From Salibacter sp. (GTDB taxonomy: Bacteria > Bacteroidota > Bacteroidia > Flavobacteriales_G > Salibacteraceae), in the NCBI RefSeq assembly GCF_031581065.1, contig NZ_JAVLBN010000003.1:2009-66008 (forward strand): DNA of 64,000 bases, in the 5' to 3' direction. The translations under genes and the position numbers were made by a program. The notes under the pieces were generated by a model. That model worked only from the letters and a program-made list of their open reading frames with translations, was not told where the DNA came from and ran no database searches. This document shows, in pieces, positions 18,863 to 28,138 of this stretch; position 1 is the stretch's first letter; every line of letters starts with the position of its first letter.

Positions 18863-20617
18863 TTACTGTGCAGATTGAGTTAGTTTTTCGTCAATTTGAT
18901 CTGAAGCGGCTCCTGTATCTTTCGCTTTTTTCCAGTACTTACGGGCTGCTTCCTTTTGACCTAATTTGTTGAGTACATCACCGTAATGCTCCAATATTTC
19001 ACCCTGGCTCATTCCGCCATTTTCAAGAGCAGTTTCGAGGTGTGTTTTTGCTTTTTGATATTCTCCTTTTTGGTAGAGCACCCAGGCATAAGTATCTAGA
19101 TAAGTAGGATTTGTAGGATGTCTTTTAACTGTTTGAGAAGCCATCTCCTTAGCCTTTTCCAGGTTCTCCTTGCGCAAGCTCAAAAAGTACGCATAGTTGT
19201 TGAGCACATAATCGTTTTTTGGATTGAGCTTTAGAGCATTTTCATAGTTGAGCCATGCTTTCTCGTATTTTTCGAGATTGTAATAAGCATCACCGAGGCT
19301 ACTGTAGAACTGCGTTTGAAGAGACTGGTTGTCAACTACCAGATTTTTTCCCTGCTCCAATGCAAAAGCTGCTTTGTCGTAGTTTTCGAGTTGTAAGTTG
19401 CTGAGTCCGTTCATGAGGAACGATATGGGCTGACTAGGAAACAACTCCATTGCAGCAGCACTGTGCTCCTGGAGTGATTCTGTTTTATTGAGTTCACTTT
19501 CAATGATGAGTAGTTGATTCCAAACGAGAAAACGGCTGCTGTCAAGTGCGATACTTTTGATGTATTTCTCGCGCGCTTTTTCTGAGCTTCCCTCTCTTAT
19601 GAGGAAGTCTCCATATATGGCAAATGTTTTAGCTTCATCAGGGTGTGACTTTTCAAGGATCGAGAGCAACTCAAGACTCTTTTGTGCCAGTTGATCACCC
19701 GGATCTGAAACGCGGTAGTAATTCAGTAAAATTTTGACTTTGCTGTCGATGTCGAGCTCGGGATTTGCAAAAGCCTTTTTGCGCTCTTCAAAGGCCAAAT
19801 CGTCTTTACCGGCATCTTCGTAATAATCGGCAAGGGAAAGCGCGATTAGCGGATTTTCGGGGTCTAGGTCGCGCAGCTTTTTGAATGTTTCAATCGCTTT
19901 TTCATATTCTCCCTGGCTCCGGTACAATGAAGCTAACATTCCGCGGTAATTCGCATTTGTGGGATCGTTTTTGATCAGCTTTTTGACTTCTTCCTCGGCC
20001 TTTTTGTTGTTGCCCTGCTTTGAGTGCAGCTTGTACTTCTGCTTGATGATATCGGCATTGAACCCTATTTTCTCCTCAATTTCATCGTACACTACGAGTG
20101 CATCATCAACGCGGTTTTCGTAGAGGTACATATTGGCTAATTCGTAATAGTAGCGGATTTGACCGGGATTTAACTCAGTGAGTTTTTTAAATGTTTCACC
20201 AGCTTTCTTGTAATTGTTCGTTCGTTTGAGTAGATCAGCGTAATGATCGAGGTACCAGCGGTTGGTGTCTTCTACAGAAATTGCTTTTTGAATGGAGGTA
20301 ACCGCTTTTTCGTAATCGCTTTTTTCGGTCAGAACCAGAGACTTTTGGTATAAAGTTGCCGGATGGCCGGGAACCATTTCAAGGCATCTGTCAAATGATG
20401 AGAGTGCTTGATCCCAGTTCTCGAGCGACTTTTGCTTGATTCCGTCAAAGTATGCCGACTTAAACGAGTTTGAGTTCAGCTTGTCATTTGGTGTGTACCC
20501 TGTTTTATTTTGAGTTGCTTTATCCTTTTTAGCTGCTTTGTTGAAAACAGAGCAGGAACTCAGCAATAAAATCGAGAGAAAAACACCGGCTATTTTACTG
20601 TTTTGAATAATCTCCAA
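18863..20617 (-). CDS. Tetratricopeptide-repeat lipoprotein
   Basis: 584 aa with lipobox LLLSSCS and many 34-aa TPR-like repeats (W..A...F...L...P....A...LA..Y). Confidence 0.8.
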   Translation of the reverse strand: MEIIQNSKIAGVFLSILLLSSCSVFNKAAKKDKATQNKTGYTPNDKLNSNSFKSAYFDGIKQKSLENWDQALSSFDRCLEMVPGHPATLYQKSLVLTEKSDYEKAVTSIQKAISVEDTNRWYLDHYADLLKRTNNYKKAGETFKKLTELNPGQIRYYYELANMYLYENRVDDALVVYDEIEEKIGFNADIIKQKYKLHSKQGNNKKAEEEVKKLIKNDPTNANYRGMLASLYRSQGEYEKAIETFKKLRDLDPENPLIALSLADYYEDAGKDDLAFEERKKAFANPELDIDSKVKILLNYYRVSDPGDQLAQKSLELLSILEKSHPDEAKTFAIYGDFLIREGSSEKAREKYIKSIALDSSRFLVWNQLLIIESELNKTESLQEHSAAAMELFPSQPISFLMNGLSNLQLENYDKAAFALEQGKNLVVDNQSLQTQFYSSLGDAYYNLEKYEKAWLNYENALKLNPKNDYVLNNYAYFLSLRKENLEKAKEMASQTVKRHPTNPTYLDTYAWVLYQKGEYQKAKTHLETALENGGMSQGEILEHYGDVLNKLGQKEAARKYWKKAKDTGAASDQIDEKLTQSAQ

Positions 20618-21593
20618 TACTTAAATCTTTAGGTTCTGACTTTAAGGTAACGTGATTCCCGATCATTGAGTTATCAGCGTTCAATCCTTCAATAACCGTG
20701 TTGGTGTAGACGATGCTGTTTTTGATCACACTGTCTTTAACAGTTGTGTTTTCGTGAATACTAACGTGCGGCCCCACAACGCTATTTTCAATGACAACAT
20801 TTTCACCGAGATAACAAGGTTCGTTAATGATGCTGTTGATGATCTTAGCCGATGAGTCTTTTTGATCTTTATCGCTGTTGAAAGCTAAAATGCGCGAATT
20901 GGTGTGAACTGTAGCGTTTTTGTTTCCGCAATCGAGCCACTCTTCAACTTCTCCCGGAACGAATTCCATCCCTTTTTCGGTCATGTTGCGCAGAGCATCT
21001 GGAAGTTGGTATTCGCCACCTTTAATAATGTCGTTTTCGATGAGGTATTCGAGTTCCTTGCGAAGTGTTGCACCATTTTTGAAATAGTAAATCCCGATCA
21101 TCGCCAGATCTGAGACATATTCTTTTGGCTTTTCAACGTATTCGGTAATGACACTATTATCATCGATTTTCACAACGCCAAATTGGCTGGGGTCTTCAAT
21201 TTTTTGAACCCAAAGGACACCGTCTTTTTCAGCGTTGAATTTAAAGTCGGCTTTGAAAAGTGTATCGGCAAAAGCGACAATCACATTGCCTTCGAGTAAT
21301 TCTTTGGCACACAAAATTGCATGAGCTGTTCCAAGTGCTTCATCCTGGTAACAGATGTGGCCTTTTGCTCCCAGGTCATCAGCTACTTCCAGCAGTTTTT
21401 TTTCTGTTTCAGATCCAAATCTACCTGTAACAAAAGCAATATCGGTGATTTTTTCATCAGCAACATTAGCAATGTCTTCAACCAGTCTTTGAACAATTGG
21501 CTTTCCTGCAATAGGTAAAAGTGGTTTGGGAACAGTGAGCGTATGCGGGCGCATCCGTTTTCCCATGCCCGCCATTGGAACAATTATTTTCAT
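20595..21593 (-). CDS. Sugar-phosphate nucleotidyltransferase with C-terminal left-handed beta-helix
   Basis: 332 aa. N-terminal MKIIVPMAGMGKRMRPHTLTVPKPLLPIAGKPIV (NTP-transferase G-loop) and C-terminal hexapeptide-like repeats. Confidence 0.8.
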   Translation of the reverse strand: MKIIVPMAGMGKRMRPHTLTVPKPLLPIAGKPIVQRLVEDIANVADEKITDIAFVTGRFGSETEKKLLEVADDLGAKGHICYQDEALGTAHAILCAKELLEGNVIVAFADTLFKADFKFNAEKDGVLWVQKIEDPSQFGVVKIDDNSVITEYVEKPKEYVSDLAMIGIYYFKNGATLRKELEYLIENDIIKGGEYQLPDALRNMTEKGMEFVPGEVEEWLDCGNKNATVHTNSRILAFNSDKDQKDSSAKIINSIINEPCYLGENVVIENSVVGPHVSIHENTTVKDSVIKNSIVYTNTVIEGLNADNSMIGNHVTLKSEPKDLSIGDYSKQ

Positions 21594-21675
21594 GCGTGGA
21601 GAAGTCGTTTTATTTTCGCCAAAGGTAGTATTTAATGCATTTTTGACCTAAAGACTGTCAGAACCAAAAAAACAT

Positions 21676-22056
21676 GTGTTTATGAATGGGATTGTCGTGA
21701 AAAAGCTGGATGAAATTGGCCAAAATGAAAACGGATCAACTTTTGGTTTGGCCACTCGCACAGCTGAAGGATTTATTGTTGCTCAGCGCAAAAAAGGATC
21801 GAAGAGTGGAGGGCATTACCACAAAGGAAATTCGGCTACTAAAAACCCTGAAATTTTGATTTTGACCAGTGGTTTAGCTAAGGTTTATGGCTCTGACCGA
21901 AAAACAGGAGAAACGTTTCATCACGAAGTTCAGGCTCCGGTTGAGTTGAATATTTACCCAAATGTGATTCACACCGTTGAAGCCGTTACAAATATTTCGT
22001 TCATCGAATTCAATTCTCTCGATGAGCACAAAGCAGATACCTATTACGAGGACTGA
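21676..22056 (+). CDS. Cupin-fold protein
   Basis: 126 aa. GGHYHKGNS...NVIHTVEA resembles a cupin metal-site pattern. The start is GTG 21676 or ATG 21682. Confidence 0.5.
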   Translation: MFMNGIVVKKLDEIGQNENGSTFGLATRTAEGFIVAQRKKGSKSGGHYHKGNSATKNPEILILTSGLAKVYGSDRKTGETFHHEVQAPVELNIYPNVIHTVEAVTNISFIEFNSLDEHKADTYYED

Positions 22057-23315
22057 TCTTTTGTGTGTTGATCTATGGCTTCCTGTTCTTGCCTGGCGAT
22101 TTCATCATCGTAGAGCTCATCGTAGATATCAGTCTTTTTGCTCGATATCAAACTCCAGGTCATGATGATGCTGGTACCTAATATCACATATAACAAGATT
22201 CCCGATTCAAATGCTTCAATTTGGTACTCGCTTGGAATAGCGAAGTAGAGCAAGATGGTGATCAAACCTCTTGGTGCTATCCATAGCTCTGTTTTAGCAG
22301 CTTTCCGCTCGATAAAGAAAAGGAAAATGAAGCGTATCAAATAGGCTGCAGCCAGAATGATGACACTCACCAGAAAAACTTTTACTGATACGAGCGAAGA
22401 AAGAACGATCGTCATCCCAAATACCACGAAGAAGAAAGTGCGCACCACAAATGCGGTTTCGATCGTGATAAGCCTGAAATCGACCAGAACCCTGCGCATA
22501 GCAACTGGTTTGATCCAGCGACTAAGGCGACCCTGGAAAAATACTTTACGGTTGTTGAGTATCAGGCCAAATGTGAGAATAATGAGTAATGACGACAAGT
22601 GAAGCATTTTACCCAGTGCGTAGAGTAACACCAAAACTGCAATCAGTAAAAACAGCTTTACTTCCGATTCGATTTTTTGGAATACCCACACGAGAGCATA
22701 ACTCAACACGAAAGAGAGCAAGATCGTGATGAGCGTATTCGTTCCAAAGTTAGCAAGCATAGCCGAACTGCTCTCGGCATCGACAGCCCCGGCATAAAAG
22801 TAGAAGAACATAATCCCGAAGATGTCGGAAAAGGTACTGTTGTAAATCAAAAATTCTTTCTTGTGTTCATCTAAAGAACCAACAGACGGAATCACAATAG
22901 CACTACTCAAAATACTCATCGGCATGGCGTAGAAAATACTTTGCTGAATCGAGGCACCTGTAAAAAACTGCACGATGTAAGTGAGCACAGCCGTTGTAGC
23001 CAGTAACTCCAGCAATGCAACCGACATGGATTTGATAATGATGGGCGCTTTGTCCTTCGTGAGTTTGAGGTCGAGTGCGGCTTCCAGCACGATCATAATT
23101 AATCCCACAATCCCCAGTAACTCTAAAATAGACATCATATTGATCTCGCCCATTTCAAAATAATTCATCAACTGGTTGAGGATGATTCCGGTCGTGATGA
23201 GCATTAAAACTGTTGGAATATTCGTGCGCTTGCTGATGAGGTTGTAGAAGTAACTCAATACAACAATGACACTAACTCCAATAAGAAAAATATATGGTGA
23301 ACCGATGTTTGGCAT
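22044..23315 (-). CDS. Cation:proton antiporter (Na+/H+ exchanger family)
   Basis: 423 aa with about 11-12 TM helices and an acidic cytoplasmic tail. Confidence 0.7.
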   Translation of the reverse strand: MPNIGSPYIFLIGVSVIVVLSYFYNLISKRTNIPTVLMLITTGIILNQLMNYFEMGEINMMSILELLGIVGLIMIVLEAALDLKLTKDKAPIIIKSMSVALLELLATTAVLTYIVQFFTGASIQQSIFYAMPMSILSSAIVIPSVGSLDEHKKEFLIYNSTFSDIFGIMFFYFYAGAVDAESSSAMLANFGTNTLITILLSFVLSYALVWVFQKIESEVKLFLLIAVLVLLYALGKMLHLSSLLIILTFGLILNNRKVFFQGRLSRWIKPVAMRRVLVDFRLITIETAFVVRTFFFVVFGMTIVLSSLVSVKVFLVSVIILAAAYLIRFIFLFFIERKAAKTELWIAPRGLITILLYFAIPSEYQIEAFESGILLYVILGTSIIMTWSLISSKKTDIYDELYDDEIARQEQEAIDQHTKDQSS

Positions 23316-23363
23316 GAGTCAATTTTTGATCAATTGGGTTGTAAAGATAATAGTCGAAAAGAA

Positions 23364-24188
23364 CTATCGTTCAGTAGCTGCTTGAAATTGCGAATAAATA
23401 ATCTTCGCTAATTCCGGCATGTAAGTCTCGTTAATGGTCAGAACCGAATTGTCACTGGCCGGAACTTGAATAGCGGCTTTTCCACCGTGCAGCCAGGTTC
23501 CGTCAGTCTTGTAAACTGAATAATGAGCCTGTAAATTTCTGTTGTAGCGATTGTGCTGAATGTCGAGCTGACTCGCATCCATCGGGATAACGAAATCGAG
23601 CTGGTTGATGGAAACCAAATAGTCAGTTTGGTGTTTTTCGCGCAAGAGGAATAGGAAATCATCACGCTGAAAAACCGCATTCATGTACTTGTCACCTTTA
23701 CTCCGGTTTGTGCGTAACTGACCGTTTTCTATGTAAGTCCCCTCGCGTTTTGGCTCTTCTTTCTTTTTAAATTTCGACTTGAATTTATCGAGCTTCGATT
23801 TTTCCTCTTCGACTTTTGGAACACCAACATACTCGTATTTCATCGAGTTAAAGGCGAGCTCGTTGTTTTTCACGAGCACTGCTTTACGTGGGTTCTGAAA
23901 GTGAATAGAAGAAACGCTGTCACCAAATGTTTTGGAAACCGCTTTTACCAATCCAAATTTCAACGTGTCGCTGAGCTCTTCAAACTTGAGCCCGTTCACG
24001 TTCATCAGCTCCTGCGAAAAATGACATTTGAAAAGCGCATCTTTAAACGGCACAACGTATAAATCGCCCAGTTCGCTGGAAGCTGAAGCCTTATCATCAG
24101 ACTCACCGGCATTTACCCGATAAGTCTCGTCCTGCGCAAAGCTGTTGAGCGCAGTGAAAAAGATCAATGAAAGAAGTAATTTTTTCAT
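23364..24188 (-). CDS. Secreted hypothetical protein
   Basis: 274 aa with a signal peptide (MKKLLLSLIFFTALNSFAQ). I recognise no motif. Confidence 0.5.
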   Translation of the reverse strand: MKKLLLSLIFFTALNSFAQDETYRVNAGESDDKASASSELGDLYVVPFKDALFKCHFSQELMNVNGLKFEELSDTLKFGLVKAVSKTFGDSVSSIHFQNPRKAVLVKNNELAFNSMKYEYVGVPKVEEEKSKLDKFKSKFKKKEEPKREGTYIENGQLRTNRSKGDKYMNAVFQRDDFLFLLREKHQTDYLVSINQLDFVIPMDASQLDIQHNRYNRNLQAHYSVYKTDGTWLHGGKAAIQVPASDNSVLTINETYMPELAKIIYSQFQAATER

Positions 24189-24198
24189 GTTTTATTCT

Positions 24199-25530
24199 CT
24201 AATCTAACATCCTCAAAACATCGTTACCATTTGCCCAAAGAAGCAAAGTGAGCAACAGTAGCATTCCTGCCAGTTGAGCGTATTCCATGAATTTTTCGCC
24301 CGGCTTTCTTCCGCTTACAATTTCGTAGAGCAAGAACATGACGTGTCCGCCATCAAGGGCCGGAATGGGCAAGATATTCATAATTGCTAAAATGAGGGAT
24401 AGAAAAGCTGTAAGGTTCCAAAAAGTTCGCCAGTCCCACGCACTTGGGAAAAGGTTCCCGATAGTACCAAAACCACCGAGCTGACTAACACCTTCTTTGC
24501 TGAAAATAAGGCTGAACTGATCGATGTAGCCGCCCATTTTGTCCAGTGCTAAATTATAACCGGCCGGGAATGCCTCAAAAAAGGAATAATCTTTTTGTGT
24601 GAGTTCAAAAAAGTTAGTGATAGGCTTATTTCCAACGCCAACTTTGCCGTCTTCGCCAACCATTGCAGAGAGCGTTACAGGCTCACCATTGCGCTTTACT
24701 GTAATCTCGACTTCTTCCCCTTTCATATCCTGAACGGTTTTAGCAAAGTCGATGAAATACTCAGCATTTTTCCCGTTTACAGCCATGAATTTGTCGCCCT
24801 TTTGTATTCCCGCACTTTGGGCAGGTGAGTTTGGAAGAACAGTATCGGCAATGAACGGAATACGCTCTGTGAACAGCGATTTCTCTCCTGAGGCTAACAT
24901 CTTTTGAGCAAATTCGTGCGGTACGCGAACCGTTCGGGTCTGACCATTGTTTTCAACTGTTACTTCGTTGATTTCCTCATTTAGAAGAAGTTCCTGTGTG
25001 ATTGTAGCATAAGTGTAATCTTTTGGGAGCGGTTCTCCGTCAATTTCAATTACACGGTCTCCGTCCTTAAAACCGGCTTGTTTTGCTGTTTCACTTACGT
25101 GAACACCGTATTTGGCATCTTCAGCGCTGAGGTAGGTTTTTCCCCAGGTCATCATGATCATGGAGTAAATGAAAATGCCCAGGATAACATTTACCGTGAC
25201 ACCGCCCAGCATGACGATGAGTCGCTGCCATGCAGGTTTGGCTCTGAATTCGTAATCCTTTGCGGGTTCTTTCATCTGTTCCTTGTCCATGCTCTCGTCA
25301 ATCATGCCCGAGAGTTTGACATAACCGCCCAGCGGGAGCCAGCCAACACCGTATTCAGTATCACCTTTTTTGGTTTTAAAAAGTGAAAACCACGGATCAA
25401 AAAACAGGTAAAATTTTTCAACTTTAACTCCAAATAGCTTGGCGGGCAGGAAGTGGCCAAACTCGTGCAAAATCACCAATATGGATAAGCTCAACAGCAG
25501 TTGAGCGGCTTTGATCAAAATATCGTCCAT
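24199..25530 (-). CDS. rseP: RIP (site-2) zinc metalloprotease
   Basis: 443 aa. HEFGHF zinc motif in the first TM helix, PDZ domains, and C-terminal NILPIPALDGGH. Confidence 0.92.
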   Translation of the reverse strand: MDDILIKAAQLLLSLSILVILHEFGHFLPAKLFGVKVEKFYLFFDPWFSLFKTKKGDTEYGVGWLPLGGYVKLSGMIDESMDKEQMKEPAKDYEFRAKPAWQRLIVMLGGVTVNVILGIFIYSMIMMTWGKTYLSAEDAKYGVHVSETAKQAGFKDGDRVIEIDGEPLPKDYTYATITQELLLNEEINEVTVENNGQTRTVRVPHEFAQKMLASGEKSLFTERIPFIADTVLPNSPAQSAGIQKGDKFMAVNGKNAEYFIDFAKTVQDMKGEEVEITVKRNGEPVTLSAMVGEDGKVGVGNKPITNFFELTQKDYSFFEAFPAGYNLALDKMGGYIDQFSLIFSKEGVSQLGGFGTIGNLFPSAWDWRTFWNLTAFLSLILAIMNILPIPALDGGHVMFLLYEIVSGRKPGEKFMEYAQLAGMLLLLTLLLWANGNDVLRMLD

Positions 25531-25650
25531 CGTAAAATTTGATATTAAATGGCAAATGTAGGAACCACAAATCAGTAAACTATTATTTTTATGCCCGCTA
25601 TGGGTTAAAAATCTATAAACTTAACGCAAAACAGGTAAAGAAAAGTTACA

Positions 25651-27696
25651 ATGAAAAAAGTCGCAATAGCAGGAATAGCAGTAATTTTTAGTCTTTTGAG
25701 CTTCGGTCAGAACCGAATGACTCCCGAGAAATTATGGGAATTGGGCCGCGTAAGCGGTGAGGTTTTTGTCTCACAATACGATTTAGTTGTTTACAGCGTC
25801 ACGAAATACGATGTTGCAAAAAACTCGGGCGGTTCTGATTTGTATGTACTCAACAACCGCACCGGACAGGTGAATCAAATTACCGAGATGGAAGGTTCTG
25901 AACACGGTGTTCAACTACATCCCAGCGGAAAAAGGATTGGATTTATCAATCACGGGAAGCTTTTTGAAGTTGACTTGAGCGGAATGAATGTTCGCACAAT
26001 GGAAAACCAGGATGTAGCTGTTTCTCATTTCAAGTATTCACCTTCAGGTGACAAGATTGCTTTTACAACTGATGTGAGGGTGAAAGATCCACTCGTAGCG
26101 AAATACCCTGACCTGGGACGAGCAAATGCTAAAATCTACACCGATTTAATGTACCGTCACTGGGATACATGGGAAGATGGCTCGTACAGTCATCTTCACG
26201 TTGCCGATTACAGAGAAGGAGTAATCTCCAACATTGAAGATATTATGCCGGATGAGCCTTACGATGTTCCGGTTAAGCCTTTTCACGGAGGTGAAGACTT
26301 TACCTGGAGTCCGGATGGCACAACTCTGGCTTACGTTTGCAAGAAACTCACAGGAAAAGAATATGCCGAAAGCACAAACACCGACATCTATTTTTATGAT
26401 GTAGAATCAGGAAAAACCGAAAATGTAACGGAAGCAAATAAAGGGTACGACACTGATCCGCAATTCAATGAAAACGGAACTCTTTTCGCTTGGTTGAGCA
26501 TGGAGAGAGATGGTTATGAGTCTGACCAAAACGAATTGAAAATTGCTAATACAGATGATATCAAAAACCCTGTAAACATCACCCAAAACTGGGACCGCCA
26601 GCTTTTTGGATTTGCTTTTCACGGGAACAACGAGGTTATCATCAATGCTGGTGACGAGGCTACTTACCAGCTTTACAGCATGTCAGCTGTAATTGATAAA
26701 AAAGTGAAAAGTCTCGATGAAACACGCAAAGCATTGACATCAGGAGATCACAATATTACCGGTATTGTTGGTGTTGGGCCAACACGAGTAGTGGCTCACA
26801 AATCCACGATGAACCGTGCTAATGAGTTGTACAGCTATAACATTGAATCTGGTGAAGAAAAGCAATTGACGAAAGTGAATGACAAAGCGTATTCAAAGAT
26901 CAAAGACAGCAAAATTGAAAAGCGCTTTATCGAAACCACTGATGGTGAAAAAATGCTAACCTGGGTGATCTATCCGCCAGATTTTGATCCAAAGAAAAAA
27001 TATCCAACACTCCTTTATTGCCAGGGCGGACCACAGAGTGCTGTTTCGCAATTTTACTCTTTCCGCTGGAACTTTCAACTAATGGCGGCTAAAGGTTACA
27101 TAGTTGTAGCGCCAAACCGTAGGGGTTTGCCAACTTTTGGACAAGAATGGAATGAAGAGATCAGTAAGAACTGGGGCGGACAGGCAATTGACGATTACAA
27201 AGCGGCATTTGATGCCGTGATAGAAGAGCCGTATTGCGACAACGAGCGCACCGGAGCTGTGGGAGCGAGTTACGGAGGTTATTCGGTTTACTTCCTTGCC
27301 GGTAACCACGAAGATCGTTTTAACACGTTCATCTCACACTGCGGATTGTTTAACCTCGAGAGCTGGTACGGATCTACAGAAGAGCTATTCTTTGCCAACT
27401 TCGATATTGGCGGACCTTACTGGGGAAGTAATCCACCCGAGAGTTACGAGAAATATTCTCCTCACAACTTTGTAGACAACTGGGACAGCCCGATGATGGT
27501 CATCCACAGCGGAAAAGATTTTCGTGTTCCATACACGCAGGGAATGGAAGCTTTCCAGGCCGCTCAGTTAAAAGGATTAAAAAGCAAATTTCTCTATTTC
27601 CCTGATGAAAACCACTGGATTCTCAAACCACAAAACGGATTACTGTGGCAACGTGAATTTTTCTCGTGGTTAGAGGATACGATTGATGGAGAGTAA
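25651..27696 (+). CDS. S9 family serine peptidase (prolyl oligopeptidase / acylaminoacyl-peptidase type)
   Basis: 681 aa. Signal peptide, N-terminal beta-propeller region, C-terminal alpha/beta hydrolase with nucleophile elbow GASYGGY and terminal DENHW. Confidence 0.88.
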   Translation: MKKVAIAGIAVIFSLLSFGQNRMTPEKLWELGRVSGEVFVSQYDLVVYSVTKYDVAKNSGGSDLYVLNNRTGQVNQITEMEGSEHGVQLHPSGKRIGFINHGKLFEVDLSGMNVRTMENQDVAVSHFKYSPSGDKIAFTTDVRVKDPLVAKYPDLGRANAKIYTDLMYRHWDTWEDGSYSHLHVADYREGVISNIEDIMPDEPYDVPVKPFHGGEDFTWSPDGTTLAYVCKKLTGKEYAESTNTDIYFYDVESGKTENVTEANKGYDTDPQFNENGTLFAWLSMERDGYESDQNELKIANTDDIKNPVNITQNWDRQLFGFAFHGNNEVIINAGDEATYQLYSMSAVIDKKVKSLDETRKALTSGDHNITGIVGVGPTRVVAHKSTMNRANELYSYNIESGEEKQLTKVNDKAYSKIKDSKIEKRFIETTDGEKMLTWVIYPPDFDPKKKYPTLLYCQGGPQSAVSQFYSFRWNFQLMAAKGYIVVAPNRRGLPTFGQEWNEEISKNWGGQAIDDYKAAFDAVIEEPYCDNERTGAVGASYGGYSVYFLAGNHEDRFNTFISHCGLFNLESWYGSTEELFFANFDIGGPYWGSNPPESYEKYSPHNFVDNWDSPMMVIHSGKDFRVPYTQGMEAFQAAQLKGLKSKFLYFPDENHWILKPQNGLLWQREFFSWLEDTIDGE

Positions 27697-27710
27697 AAAG
27701 TAAAAGTACC

Positions 27711-27740
27711 GGGTTCTGATCAGTTTAATGGTCAGAACCC
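27711..27740 (+). terminator. Hairpin built from an inverted pair of the GGTTCTGA word, 15 nt after the peptidase stop
   Basis: GGGTTCTGA (27711-27719) / TCAGAACCC (27732-27740), followed by TTCCTTTT. Confidence 0.55.
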
Positions 27741-27755
27741 TTCCTTTTGAACTCA

Positions 27756-27796
27756 TTCAATTTTTCTAAAGTTCGAACTTTAGAAAAGTTCTTCAA
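27756..27796. repeat. REP-like palindromic element, copy 1
   Basis: TTCAATTTTTCTAAAGTTCGAACTTTAGAAAAGTTCTTCAA. The core is a perfect 26-bp palindrome at 27762-27787. A second copy lies at 31605-31646. Confidence 0.85.
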
Positions 27797-27831
27797 CATC
27801 GAGGATTAATTGCATTAGGACTGTTTTTTAA

Positions 27832-27858
27832 ACCATTTAGAAATGAAGAGTCATTGAG
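27832..27858. repeat. 27-nt intergenic repeat, copy 1
   Basis: ACCATTTAGAAATGAAGAGTCATTGAG is identical to 31956-31982. Confidence 0.85.
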
Positions 27859-28107
27859 TGACGTTTTAAAGAACAAACAGTTTGAGGCGAGAATGAAATT
27901 CAATCTACTCACGATATGATTTTACGAGTTTTCTTAACCTTGGCCTTGACCTCGGCCTTAACTTTGGTGGTTGGTTAGTTTGCAGGTTGGCCGAAACGAA
28001 CGATCTATCACCCGAACGCCAAACTTTATAACAACTTAAACACACAATAATTCCACAACTCAATTAGAACTCCTCTCGGCCTTAACCTTAGCCTCGACCT
28101 CAACACT

Positions 28108-28138
28108 TGATTAATAAACGATCCATTTTGCTGTTTTT
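28108..28138. repeat. 31-nt direct repeat, copy at the 3' end of the T9SS cargo gene
   Basis: TGATTAATAAACGATCCATTTTGCTGTTTTT is identical to 29529-29559. Confidence 0.9.
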
